Shown here piece after piece: positions 42,682 to 52,257 of a DNA stretch of 64,000 nucleotides. The notes under the pieces are model-generated. The model searched no databases. It was given only the letters and a program-made list of their open reading frames with translations, and was not told the DNA's origin. Numbering within the stretch: position 1 is the stretch's first letter; every line of letters begins with the position of its first letter. Source of the DNA: Gemmatimonadota bacterium (GTDB lineage: Bacteria; Gemmatimonadota; Gemmatimonadetes; Gemmatimonadales; GWC2-71-9). The DNA lies in contig JANMXA010000042.1 of NCBI GenBank assembly GCA_031394255.1, forward strand, positions 157,991 through 221,990, given 5' to 3'. A program made the translations under genes and the position numbers.

Positions 42682-44619
42682 ATGGATGCAAGACGGTTTG
42701 GTGCGGGGCTCACGTCCCTGCTTCTGGTTCTGATGAGCGGATGCTCGAAGGGCGCCCCCATCGGCGCGAGCGCCGACGCGGCCTCCAAGGTGTATGTCGC
42801 GCCCGGTCAGTATGACGAACTCTACGCCTTCATGTCGGGCGGCTTCAGTGGCAACGTGACGGTCTATGGCCTGCCGTCCGGACGTCTGCTGCAGCAGATT
42901 CCTGTGTTCTCGCAGTATCCGGAAAAAGGCTACGGCTATTCCGAAGAGACCAAGGCACTGCTGAACACGAGCTTCGGCTTCGTGCCGTGGGACGATGCTC
43001 ACCATCCGCAGCTGTCCACCACGGCCGGGGAGCAGGACGGCCGGTGGCTCTTCATCAATGGGAACAATACGCCGCGGATCGCACGGCTCGACCTGACCCG
43101 GTTCGAGACGGACGAGACGATCGAGATTCCGAACTCGGGTGGCGGTCACGCTTCGCCGTTTCTGACCGAGAACACGGAGTACGTCGTCAGTGCCACGCGG
43201 TTCTCGGTGCCGACGCCCCAGGCCGACGTTCCGATCGCCACATCGAAGTTCGGCGGCATGCTGACGTTCGTGAAGGTGGACAAGGCCAGCGGCCACATGT
43301 CCCTGGGTTTCCAGATCCACATGCCCGGTTTCGACTACGACCTGTCCCGCTCCGGGAAGGGGCCGTCCCACGGCTGGTCCTTCTTCAGTTCGTACAATAC
43401 GGAAGAGGCCAAGACGCTGCTCGAACGGAACGCCTCGCAGAAGGACAAGGATTTCATTGCCGCCGTGAACTGGAAGCAGGCGGAGCAGTGCGTGGCGGAC
43501 GGCAAGGCCAAGCCATGGCCGACCAGGTATGCCCACAATCTCCGGGATGAGAATGGCATTGCTCACACGGAGATGGTGGCGAACGAACCGGTCCTCGAGC
43601 CCAAGGATTGTCCCGGAATCGTGTACTTCCTGCCGACGCCCAAATCGCCTCATGGCGCCGACGTCGATCCAAGTGGCGAGTATATCGTCGGTGGTGGCAA
43701 GCTGGCCACGGTCCTGCCGGTACACTCATTCTCCAAGATGCTGAAGGCGATCGCCGACAAGGCGTTCGAGACCGAGATCGACGGGATTCCGGTCATCAAG
43801 TACGAAGCCGTCAACGCCTGCGAGGTTCAGAAGCCGGGCCTCGGGCCGTTGCATACCGAGTTCGACGGCAAGGGCTTTGCCTACACGTCCGTCTTCCTGT
43901 CGTCCGAGATCATCAAGTGGGACCTCAAGAAGTGTGAAGTCGTCGACCGGGTACCGACCTACTACTCGATCGGGCACCTGATGATTCCGGGCGGGGACAC
44001 CCGGAAGCCGTACGGGAAGTACGTCGTCGCCTTGAACAAGATCACGAAGGACCGCTACCTCCCGACCGGCCCGGAACTGACCCAGTCGGCGCAACTGTAT
44101 GACATTTCCGGCGACAAGATGAAGCTGTTGCTCGATTTCCCGACGACGGGTGAGCCTCACTACGCCCAGGCCATCCCGGCCGCGAAGATCAGAGATCAGC
44201 AGCTTAAGACGTTCGCCTTGACCGCGAACCATCACCCGCAGGCGATCAAGGCGGAGACCGAGGCCAAAGTCGTCCGGGAAGGCACCAAAGTCCACGTCTA
44301 CATGACCGCGATCCGAAGCCATTTCATGCCCGACAACATCGAGGGCGTCCAGGTTGGTGACGAGGTCTACTTCCACATCACCAACCTCGAGCAGGATTGG
44401 GACGTCCCCCATGGCTTCGCCGTGATGGGCGCGCAGAACGGGGAGCTGCTGATCATGCCGGGTCAGACGCTGACCCTGACCTGGAAACCGGATCGGACGG
44501 GTGTCTTCCCGTTCTACTGCACGGACTTCTGCTCGGCACTTCACCAGGAGATGCAGGGGTACATCCGGGTTTCGCCCAAGGGGTCAGGTACCAAGATGAC
44601 CTTCAACACCGGGCAATGA
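42682..44619 (+). CDS. nosZ: Nitrous-oxide reductase, clade II (Sec/lipobox-type signal)
   Basis: Trimmed to the ATG at 42682 (GAGGAGGG upstream). Signal MDARRFGAGLTSLLLVLMSGCS with no twin-arginine consensus. Seven-bladed propeller body. C-terminal CuA motif HGF...CTDFCSALHQEM. Confidence 0.97.
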   Translation: MDARRFGAGLTSLLLVLMSGCSKGAPIGASADAASKVYVAPGQYDELYAFMSGGFSGNVTVYGLPSGRLLQQIPVFSQYPEKGYGYSEETKALLNTSFGFVPWDDAHHPQLSTTAGEQDGRWLFINGNNTPRIARLDLTRFETDETIEIPNSGGGHASPFLTENTEYVVSATRFSVPTPQADVPIATSKFGGMLTFVKVDKASGHMSLGFQIHMPGFDYDLSRSGKGPSHGWSFFSSYNTEEAKTLLERNASQKDKDFIAAVNWKQAEQCVADGKAKPWPTRYAHNLRDENGIAHTEMVANEPVLEPKDCPGIVYFLPTPKSPHGADVDPSGEYIVGGGKLATVLPVHSFSKMLKAIADKAFETEIDGIPVIKYEAVNACEVQKPGLGPLHTEFDGKGFAYTSVFLSSEIIKWDLKKCEVVDRVPTYYSIGHLMIPGGDTRKPYGKYVVALNKITKDRYLPTGPELTQSAQLYDISGDKMKLLLDFPTTGEPHYAQAIPAAKIRDQQLKTFALTANHHPQAIKAETEAKVVREGTKVHVYMTAIRSHFMPDNIEGVQVGDEVYFHITNLEQDWDVPHGFAVMGAQNGELLIMPGQTLTLTWKPDRTGVFPFYCTDFCSALHQEMQGYIRVSPKGSGTKMTFNTGQ

Positions 44620-45263
44620 CCGGTACCACTGTTGCAGCCACGGCTCCCGGGGCGGGCGTCGTGACCGGGGAGGGTACGATGGCAGGGCTGAGAACGATGC
44701 GCGGGCGGACCCGGGCGCTGCTGGCGGGGAGCGCCATCGCCCTCCTGACCACCTTCGTGGCACCGCTGTGGCACATTGCGCTCAAGGCGCCCCAGTACCC
44801 CGAGGGCCTGGGGATGTACATCTGGTCGAACCGGATCACCGGCGACCTGAGGAGCATCAACGGGCTCAATCACTACATCGGGATGAAGACGATTCATCCG
44901 GAGGCCATACCCGAACTCCGATTCATGCCCAACATCGTGATTGGCCTGGTGGTGGTGGGCCTGCTGGCGGCGTTGTGGGGCCGGCGGGCCGGCCTGTACA
45001 CATGGACCGGCCTGTTCACGATCGGTGCCCTGGTGGGCCTCGCCGACTTCTGGCGCTGGGGCTACGATTACGGTCACAATCTCGATCCTGAGGCTGCCAT
45101 CAAGATTCCCGGCATGAGCTACCAGCCCCCCCTGATCGGCCCGAAACAGCTGCTCAACTTCGAAGCGACGTCGTGGCCCGCCTTGGCCGGTTGGGTTGCC
45201 ATCGCCGCCCTCACCGCCGCCGTCAGTCTCTGCTGGCTTGAATGGCGCCGGGCTCGGACTTGA
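44616..45263 (+). CDS. nosB: Integral membrane protein in the NosB position of clade II nos clusters
   Basis: ATGA overlap with the nosZ stop. About four hydrophobic helices. Named by position and topology only. Confidence 0.6.
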   Translation: MTGTTVAATAPGAGVVTGEGTMAGLRTMRGRTRALLAGSAIALLTTFVAPLWHIALKAPQYPEGLGMYIWSNRITGDLRSINGLNHYIGMKTIHPEAIPELRFMPNIVIGLVVVGLLAALWGRRAGLYTWTGLFTIGALVGLADFWRWGYDYGHNLDPEAAIKIPGMSYQPPLIGPKQLLNFEATSWPALAGWVAIAALTAAVSLCWLEWRRART

Positions 45264-45700
45264 AGGCCCTTTCGTGGGTCGTGCTGGCGTGGCTTGGCGG
45301 GGCGGGGTGTACAGACCCTGCCCCGCGCCCGCTTTCGCTGGCTCGCGACGTGTGTGGGCACTGCCACATGACGCTCGAAGAGCGCCGATTTGCCGGCGAG
45401 ATCGTCTTTCGGACCGGCAAGGTCACTCCGTTCGATGACGTCGGCTGCCTGGCGATCGCCGCCGTCGGCAGTGCCTTGCCAATTCATTCGCTCTGGGCGT
45501 CCGATTATCTCGACCCCGATTCGTTGGTGGCCGTGGGGCGCCTCGTCTTTCTGCGGACCGGCACCGTGCGGACCCCGATGGGCTACGGGATTGTGGCGGT
45601 TCGCCCGGGAGCCGCCGCGGACAGCCTCGCGCGGCGGCTCGGGACCCAGCCAATGTCCTGGAACGACGTCATGGCCTGGGCCCGTACGGAGCCCAAGTGA
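45242..45700 (+). CDS. nosL: NosL copper chaperone lipoprotein
   Basis: CGHCHM motif, FDD.GC. An alternative TTG start at 45260 gives MKALSWVVLAWLGGAGC (lipobox) and a TTGA overlap with the nosB stop. Confidence 0.8.
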   Translation: MAPGSDLKALSWVVLAWLGGAGCTDPAPRPLSLARDVCGHCHMTLEERRFAGEIVFRTGKVTPFDDVGCLAIAAVGSALPIHSLWASDYLDPDSLVAVGRLVFLRTGTVRTPMGYGIVAVRPGAAADSLARRLGTQPMSWNDVMAWARTEPK

Positions 45701-46893
45701 TTGCAGCGCTCATGGCAGGGATCGTAGTCGTATCGCCGGGTGGTCCGGTCGCGAATCTTCGCGCGGCAGTCGCTCTGGCCCGTCCCGGCGATACCGTCAC
45801 GGTTCGGGCCGGCCGCTATCGAGAGAGTGCGACGGTGGTGGTGGACCGGCCGCTGGTCATTCGCGGCGAAGGCGGCCCCGTCTTCGAGGCGGGGGAACGG
45901 ACCTTCCTTCTGGTCACGGCGAATGGCGTCACGATCGAGGGCCTCGTCATTACCGGTGTCCGGCCGAGTAGCACGGATGACCGGGCGGCGATCAAACTCG
46001 ACCAGGTGACAGGGTGCATCATTCGGGGCAATCAAATCCGGCGCTCCTTCTTCGGCATTCATGGGTCCAAGGTGTCCGGCTGTGTGATCGAGGACAATCG
46101 GATCGAGGGACCGGGCGCCACCGAGCAAATGGCCGGCAACGCCATACACTTCTGGTCCTCGGCCGGGATCACGGTGCAGCGCAATCAGGTCGAAGGCCAT
46201 CGCGACGGCATCTACCTCGAGTTCGTCCGCGGCAGCATGCTGCGCGACAATGTGAGTCGGGGGAATCGCCGCTACGGGCTTCATTTCATGTTCTCGGACA
46301 GCTGCCGGTACGAGCGCAATCACTTTACGTCGAATGGCGCAGGAGTGGCCGTGATGTACTCGAAGCACGTGACCATGACCGGCAATGAATTCGCCCGGAA
46401 CGAAGGCCAGGCCGCGTTCGGACTGTTGCTCAAGGACATCAGCGACGGTGAAATCAGCGACAATCGGTTTACCAGCAATACCACGGGCCTCTATCTCGAG
46501 GGATCCAATCGCCTGGCCGTGCACGGCAACCGGTTCGAAGCCAACGGCTGGGCGCTCCGGCTTCTTGCCAACGCGACCGACAACGAGTTCGACGGCAATG
46601 TCTTCCTGTCCAACGCCTTCGATGTGACCACCAACAGCCGGTCCGCCACCAGCCACTTTCGCGGCAACTACTGGGACCAGTACCGTGGCTTCGACCTTGA
46701 TCACGATGGTTTCGGCGACGTGCCGCATCGCCCGGTGCGGCTCTTTTCTCTGGTCGTCGAGCAAAGCGAACCGGCCCTGATTCTGCTCCGGAGTCTGTTC
46801 GTCGATCTCCTGGACCAGGCCGAGCGGGTGCTTCCGATTCTCACGCCGGAAGCGCTGGTCGATCCCACGCCGCTGATGGCGCGTCCTCGCTGA
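45697..46893 (+). CDS. nosD: NosD periplasmic beta-helix protein of the NosDFY maturation complex
   Basis: GTGA overlap. LRAAVALARPGDTVTVRAGRYRE.., repetitive I.GN.I / G.Y beta-helix turns, position before nosFY. Confidence 0.9.
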   Translation: MIAALMAGIVVVSPGGPVANLRAAVALARPGDTVTVRAGRYRESATVVVDRPLVIRGEGGPVFEAGERTFLLVTANGVTIEGLVITGVRPSSTDDRAAIKLDQVTGCIIRGNQIRRSFFGIHGSKVSGCVIEDNRIEGPGATEQMAGNAIHFWSSAGITVQRNQVEGHRDGIYLEFVRGSMLRDNVSRGNRRYGLHFMFSDSCRYERNHFTSNGAGVAVMYSKHVTMTGNEFARNEGQAAFGLLLKDISDGEISDNRFTSNTTGLYLEGSNRLAVHGNRFEANGWALRLLANATDNEFDGNVFLSNAFDVTTNSRSATSHFRGNYWDQYRGFDLDHDGFGDVPHRPVRLFSLVVEQSEPALILLRSLFVDLLDQAERVLPILTPEALVDPTPLMARPR

Positions 46894-47600
46894 TGCTGCA
46901 GGTCCAGGGGCTCCGGAAGCGGTTCGGCCGCCTCGAAGTGCTGCGGGGGGTGGATCTCGCGGCGGCGCCCGGCCGGATTACGACCCTCGTCGGCCCGAAC
47001 GCGGCCGGCAAATCAACCTTGATCAAGACCATCATCGGCCTGGTCCGAATCGACGAGGGTCGCGTCTTGGTCGACGGGCAAAGCATCGACGGAGAACGGG
47101 CCTACCGCGAACGAATCGGTTACATGCCGCAGGCAGCGCGGTTTCCGGAGCATCTGACGGGCCGGGAGGTTCTGGCCCTCGTGCGGCGCCTGCGTCGCGC
47201 CGACGTGCGAATTGACGAGGCCCTGATTGGCCAGTTCGAACTCGACCCGATGCTTGACCGGCCGATCCGGACCTTGTCGGGCGGAACCCGGCAGAAACTC
47301 AATGCCGTCGTGGCCTTTCTCTTTGATCCAGCGATGGTCATTCTGGACGAACCGACTGGCGGTCTGGATCCCGTCGCGAGCGGCATTCTCAAGGACAAGC
47401 TGGTCCGCGCCGCCGCTGCCGGGACGACCGTTCTGTTGACGTCACACATCCTCAGCGAAGTCGAGGAACTGGCCCACGACATCATCTTCCTGACTGAGGG
47501 CCGAGTGGCCTTTCAAGGGCCGATCCACCAGCTCCTCCGAGAGGCTGGGGAGGTGCGCCTCGAGCGGGCGGTGGCGCGTTTGATGACGGGGAGCCGATGA
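46893..47600 (+). CDS. nosF: NosF ABC ATPase
   Basis: GPNAAGKST, LSGGTRQKL, VILDEPTGGLD. 1-nt overlap with nosD. Confidence 0.9.
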   Translation: MLQVQGLRKRFGRLEVLRGVDLAAAPGRITTLVGPNAAGKSTLIKTIIGLVRIDEGRVLVDGQSIDGERAYRERIGYMPQAARFPEHLTGREVLALVRRLRRADVRIDEALIGQFELDPMLDRPIRTLSGGTRQKLNAVVAFLFDPAMVILDEPTGGLDPVASGILKDKLVRAAAAGTTVLLTSHILSEVEELAHDIIFLTEGRVAFQGPIHQLLREAGEVRLERAVARLMTGSR

Positions 47601-48388
47601 CCGAGCTTCGCCAGGTACTCGCCGCCCAGGTCCGCAATGTGTTGCGGAGCCGCTGGCTGGTTGGCTACGCCCTGTTGCTGTTTCTGGCAACGGTGCTGCT
47701 GCTGCGTTTCGGCGGCAGCGGCACCCGGGCGCTTCTGAGTCTGGTGAACGTGGTGCTGCTGCTGCTTCCCCTCGTCAGCGTGGTCTTCGGGACGCTCTAT
47801 GTCTACAACGCCCGGGAGTTCATCGAACTCCTGCTGGCGCAGCCGGTCGGCCGGGGTGCCGTCTATCTGGGGCTCTTCGGCGGCCTGGCCGTACCCCTCT
47901 GCCTGGCCCTCCTGGCCGGTGTCGGGGGGCCGCTCGTGGTCGAGGCGTTTCAGGATCCATCGGTCTGGCGACCACTGGGCATGCTGCTCACGGTCGGGGT
48001 GCTGCTCACCTTGGTGTTCACGGCGTTCGCGTTGTGTGTCGCGGTACTGGTGGATGAGCGTTCGCGGGGTTTTGGGGCGGCCCTTCTGGTGTGGCTGGCC
48101 TGCACGGTGGTCTACGACGGTCTCATTCTGCTGGTCCTGACGACCTTCCGGGACTACCCCCTCGAGGCGCCGGTTCTGATTCTTACATTTCTCAATCCGA
48201 TCGACCTCGCCCGGGTGGTGCTGCTGCTGACGTTCGATGTGGCCCTGCTGATGGGATACACGGGGACGGTCTTTGCCCGGATGTTCGGTACCGCGGGAGG
48301 CCTGGTGGCCGCGTTCGCGATGCTGCTGGTGTGCGCGGCCGTCCCCCTGTGGGCCGGGTATCGCTGGTTCCGGCGGAAAGACTTGTGA
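47597..48388 (+). CDS. nosY: NosY ABC-2 permease
   Basis: ATGA overlap. Six hydrophobic helices. Position after nosF. Confidence 0.85.
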   Translation: MTELRQVLAAQVRNVLRSRWLVGYALLLFLATVLLLRFGGSGTRALLSLVNVVLLLLPLVSVVFGTLYVYNAREFIELLLAQPVGRGAVYLGLFGGLAVPLCLALLAGVGGPLVVEAFQDPSVWRPLGMLLTVGVLLTLVFTAFALCVAVLVDERSRGFGAALLVWLACTVVYDGLILLVLTTFRDYPLEAPVLILTFLNPIDLARVVLLLTFDVALLMGYTGTVFARMFGTAGGLVAAFAMLLVCAAVPLWAGYRWFRRKDL

Positions 48389-48407
48389 GATGCCGCCAAT
48401 CTCTGGG

Positions 48408-49403
48408 TCAGGCCTTTCGGGCGGCCTGGGCGAACCGGTCGAAGATATGGGCGACCGGCTCGATGGCCTCGATCGTCGCGACACTGCGGCCGGCCTGCCA
48501 GATTGCCCGTGAGGGGTCATCCGCCCGGGCACCGCCGCGGATGGACGTCCGTTTGAGATCCCAGGCGGCTCGCAACGCGAAGAAACTCCGGATCCACTTC
48601 TTGGTGCGCCGGCCCCGGAACAGGCGACGGGCCAGCGGTCCGATCGTGGTGCCGATGCGGTCGATGTAGGGCGTGCGAATGACTGCGACCGGAACTCCAC
48701 TCAGGCGTTCGGTGAGGACGATGTCGGATTCTTCGGCCTTGAGGATGGCCTGTTTGTACGGTTCGCTGGCCGTGCATTCGGTGGTGGCGATCAACCGTGT
48801 CCCCAACTGAACGCCGGCATAGCCGAGTCGGAGGGCTGCGATGAACTCCCGCTCGCCGCCGATGCCCCCGGCGCAGATCAGGGGGAGGGTCAAGTCTCCC
48901 ACATCATCAAGGAGGGCTTTGGGGGTTAGGGCACCGGCATGGCCTCCGGCCCGGCCGTTTACGGCAATCAGACCATGAACGCCGGCATCCCGCGCTTTGA
49001 GTGCCCATTTTCGCTCCGTGACGTCATGGTACACGATGCCGCCGGATGGCTGCACGGCGTCGACGACCCACCGAGGGTTACCCAGCGAGGTCACGAAGAA
49101 ACGCACGCCCTCCTCCAGGGCGATGGCGACCCATTTCACCATCCGTTCTTGATAGGTGCGGGACGAAGCCTCGATCAACGCATTGAAGCCGATCGGTTTC
49201 GCGGTTGCCGCCCGGATCTTCCTGAGGCCGGCGCGGAAGTCATGGCCATGGACGTACGTGAGGGATACCGGTTGGACCACGCCCAATCCGCCCGCCTCGG
49301 ACACCGCGGCGACGAGCTCGGCGTTGCTGCACGGATACATCGGGCCCCCGATGATCGGCAGCGCCACACCGGTGGCACGCGTGAACGGCGTGTCGAGATT
49401 CAT
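48408..49403 (-). CDS. Nitronate monooxygenase / FabK-like FMN oxidoreductase
   Basis: PIIGGPMYPCSNAELVAAVSEAGGLG, ...AGG.GG, TIM-barrel NMO pattern. Confidence 0.88.
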   Translation of the reverse strand: MNLDTPFTRATGVALPIIGGPMYPCSNAELVAAVSEAGGLGVVQPVSLTYVHGHDFRAGLRKIRAATAKPIGFNALIEASSRTYQERMVKWVAIALEEGVRFFVTSLGNPRWVVDAVQPSGGIVYHDVTERKWALKARDAGVHGLIAVNGRAGGHAGALTPKALLDDVGDLTLPLICAGGIGGEREFIAALRLGYAGVQLGTRLIATTECTASEPYKQAILKAEESDIVLTERLSGVPVAVIRTPYIDRIGTTIGPLARRLFRGRRTKKWIRSFFALRAAWDLKRTSIRGGARADDPSRAIWQAGRSVATIEAIEPVAHIFDRFAQAARKA

Positions 49404-49410
49404 TGGAGCC

Positions 49411-49887
49411 CTATGGTGTGCGAGGAGCGAGGCGCCAGATGGTGTGGACCAGGCAAACCTGGTCTCCCAGGGCGTCGGTGATCACGGTTTCGACCCGATG
49501 GTCGACGGGCTCGGTCCCGATCGTGGGGACGGTAACCCGGGCCTCGGCGACGAGGCGCCCGCGGGCCTTCTTGGGGTAGTGGGCGCCGAAGTCGGTCACG
49601 ATGCCGCGGATCGAGCCGGGCAGCGCCAACGTCATCGCCAGGCCGCTCGTCATTTCGCCGAGGTTCACCAGGGCCACGGCGTGAATCGACTGGAGATGAT
49701 TGCGGAGCGCCCGTCGGTCCGTCAGACTGACCCGGCAATACCCGGGTTCGAGGATCTCGACGGTGGCGCCGATCGAGCCGCTGTAGGGAACCAGCAGGCC
49801 GAAGGTCCGGCTGAAGAGCCACCGCCCGCCGGGCAGAGGGGACAGGCGGCGCCAGAGCAAGTCGAGGTCGTCTCGTTGGGAAGCCAT
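49411..49887 (-). CDS. Hotdog-fold protein (DUF4442 / YiiD C-terminal-like thioesterase)
   Basis: LRNHLQSIHAVALVNLGEMTSG pattern. 158 aa. 7 nt upstream of the NMO gene. Confidence 0.65.
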   Translation of the reverse strand: MASQRDDLDLLWRRLSPLPGGRWLFSRTFGLLVPYSGSIGATVEILEPGYCRVSLTDRRALRNHLQSIHAVALVNLGEMTSGLAMTLALPGSIRGIVTDFGAHYPKKARGRLVAEARVTVPTIGTEPVDHRVETVITDALGDQVCLVHTIWRLAPRTP

Positions 49888-50043
49888 GCTGCAAGGTCTC
49901 CCCGGCGGCGGGCGGCCGTCAACGAGCCATATTGATCACTCGATCTCCAACGCCCGAACTTCCGCCCGGCGGGACGCGGCCCCAGATTTCGCCGGACATA
50001 GGCGCGGTGATTCAGGCCCCGATCGGATTCGAGGTGAGAGCCA

Positions 50044-50796
50044 GTGAATGTGCTCGGTTTTGGCTTGGCAGCAGTCATCGGCCTTGCCCTTGGTCTACTC
50101 GGTGGCGGGGGGTCGATCCTGACGATTCCCGTTCTGGTCTATGTGCTGCACTATTCGATGCAGCAGGCCGCCCCGATGAGTCTTGTCGTCGTGGGGGTGA
50201 CCAGCGTGGTCGGCGCGATCAACCATCATCGTGCCGGCAACATCAGGTGGAACACGGCACTGGCCTTTGTACCGGCGGCCGTGGTCGGCGCCTTCGCCGG
50301 TGCCCGCCTTTCGGCTGCGGTGCCGAGCCAAGTGCGGATGATGATCTTCGCGGGGTTGATGGTGGCGGCGGCTGTGTCGATGTTTTTTGGCCCCGCCTTG
50401 TGGAATCGCGGCGGTGAGGACGCTCCCCGAACGAGCCGACCCTGGTGGATACTCGCCGGGCTCGGCATGCTGGTCGGGGCGATCACGGGGCTGGTCGGCG
50501 TTGGCGGAGGATTCATGTATGTGCCGGCGCTGGCGTTGCTCGGCGGCTTGGCGATGCGGCAGGCGGTGGGCACCAGCCTGGTGTTGATCGTCGCCAGCTG
50601 CGTCTCGGGCCTGCTCGGCTATGCCGGCCGGGTGGTCTTTGACTGGCCGGCGATCGCGGGATTCACATCGCTGGCGGTCGTCGGCGTGCTGGTGGGAAGT
50701 CGCCTCGCCGCCCGGGTGTCACCGACCGGCCTCAGGCGGGGGTTTGCCGTTCTCCTGATCATTCTCGGTCTGGCCGTCATGATCCGGCCGCGCTAA
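50044..50796 (+). CDS. TauE/SafE family sulfite/anion exporter
   Basis: GTG start. Eight hydrophobic helices with an internal duplication, GGGS.L..P and GVGGGF...P motifs. Confidence 0.85.
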   Translation: MNVLGFGLAAVIGLALGLLGGGGSILTIPVLVYVLHYSMQQAAPMSLVVVGVTSVVGAINHHRAGNIRWNTALAFVPAAVVGAFAGARLSAAVPSQVRMMIFAGLMVAAAVSMFFGPALWNRGGEDAPRTSRPWWILAGLGMLVGAITGLVGVGGGFMYVPALALLGGLAMRQAVGTSLVLIVASCVSGLLGYAGRVVFDWPAIAGFTSLAVVGVLVGSRLAARVSPTGLRRGFAVLLIILGLAVMIRPR

Positions 50797-50806
50797 ACGA
50801 GGTCCC

Positions 50807-52225
50807 ATGTATTTCCGACGATTCTACGACGATCAGCTGGCCCAGGCGAGCTATCTGATCGGGTGTCAGGCCAACGGCACGGCGGTTGTCATCGATCCGG
50901 CCCGGGTCATTGCGCCCTATCTCGAGGTGGCTGCGGCCGAGGGTCTGAAGATCGTGGCGGTGACCGAAACCCATATCCACGCCGACTTCATGTCGGGTCT
51001 CCGGGAGCTCGCGGCGGCGACGGGGGCCCGGATGTACCTGAGCGGCTGCGGAACACCTGACTGGCAGTACGGGTTCCGCACCGAGCCGCAGGTGACTGTC
51101 CTCGCCGACCGTGACACGATCGCGATCGGCAATATCACGATCCAGGCGGTTCACACGCCCGGACATACCCCGGAACATCTCGTCTTCGTGATTACCGATG
51201 GGGCGACCGCGGCCGAACCGATCGGGGTGGTGACCGGCGACTTCGTGTTCGTGGGAGATGTCGGCCGGCCGGATCTGCTCGAGAAAGCGGCGCGGATCGC
51301 CAACACGGCCGAGGCCGGCGCCCGCCAGTTATTCCGAAGTCTGGCGTGGTTCAAGACGCTTCCGGATCACTTGCAGGTCTGGCCGGGCCATGGAGCCGGG
51401 TCGGCCTGCGGCAAGGGTCTGGGGGCAATGCCGCAGTCAACAGTCGGCTACGAGCGCCGGTATAACTGGGCCTTCGGTCCTGAACGCGAGGACGAGTTTG
51501 TCAGCCAAGTGCTCGCGGGCCAGCCCGAGCCACCGCAATATTTCGCGCGGATGAAACAGGTGAACCAGGATGGCCCGCCGGTCCTTGGCACCCTGCCGAT
51601 CCCCCGCGGGCTGTCTCTGGCCGATCTCGGCACCGCATTGCGGACCGGCGCGGTGGTAATCGACGCGCGGTCAGTCAATGAGTATGCCGCAGGCCACATT
51701 CCGGGTACCGTCAACATTCCGCTTGGCAAGAGCTTCGTGACATATGCGGGTTCGGTCCTGTCGTATGCACACGAGCTCCATTTCATCCTGCCCGCGATCA
51801 CTCAGGCCGATGTGGCGCGATTGGTCGCATCGCTGGTGTCGATCGGCTTTGACCGGATTGGTGGCGTGGCAGGGCCGGATGTGGTCGCCCGGTGGCCGGC
51901 CGAGGCGGGGCCGCTCGCCGTGTTTACGCGGCGATCAGTGGCGGAGGTTCGGCAGGCCCCGCCACGCGGCGTCATTCTGGATGTGCGGAATCGCTCCGAA
52001 TGGGACGCGGGACACCTTCCGGGTGCGACGCTGATTCCGTTGCCCGAACTGGTGGAGCGGATCGGCGAACTGGCACCCGAGTCTGAAATTCTGGTGCACT
52101 GCCAAGGAGGGGGGCGGGCGGCTATCGCGGCCAGCCTGCTCGAAGCGCGAGGATTCAGGCGCGTGTCCGACCTGGTCGGCGGGTTCGGATCATGGGCGGC
52201 GGCAGGGGGGCCGGTGGAGAAGTAG
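50807..52225 (+). CDS. Metallo-beta-lactamase-fold persulfide dioxygenase fused to two rhodanese domains
   Basis: THIHADF, HTPGHTPEH. C-terminal rhodanese with active-site loop VHCQGGGRAA. Confidence 0.88.
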   Translation: MYFRRFYDDQLAQASYLIGCQANGTAVVIDPARVIAPYLEVAAAEGLKIVAVTETHIHADFMSGLRELAAATGARMYLSGCGTPDWQYGFRTEPQVTVLADRDTIAIGNITIQAVHTPGHTPEHLVFVITDGATAAEPIGVVTGDFVFVGDVGRPDLLEKAARIANTAEAGARQLFRSLAWFKTLPDHLQVWPGHGAGSACGKGLGAMPQSTVGYERRYNWAFGPEREDEFVSQVLAGQPEPPQYFARMKQVNQDGPPVLGTLPIPRGLSLADLGTALRTGAVVIDARSVNEYAAGHIPGTVNIPLGKSFVTYAGSVLSYAHELHFILPAITQADVARLVASLVSIGFDRIGGVAGPDVVARWPAEAGPLAVFTRRSVAEVRQAPPRGVILDVRNRSEWDAGHLPGATLIPLPELVERIGELAPESEILVHCQGGGRAAIAASLLEARGFRRVSDLVGGFGSWAAAGGPVEK

Positions 52226-52257
52226 GGCTCGGCGCCCAAGGTCCCTGGCTCCCGGTG

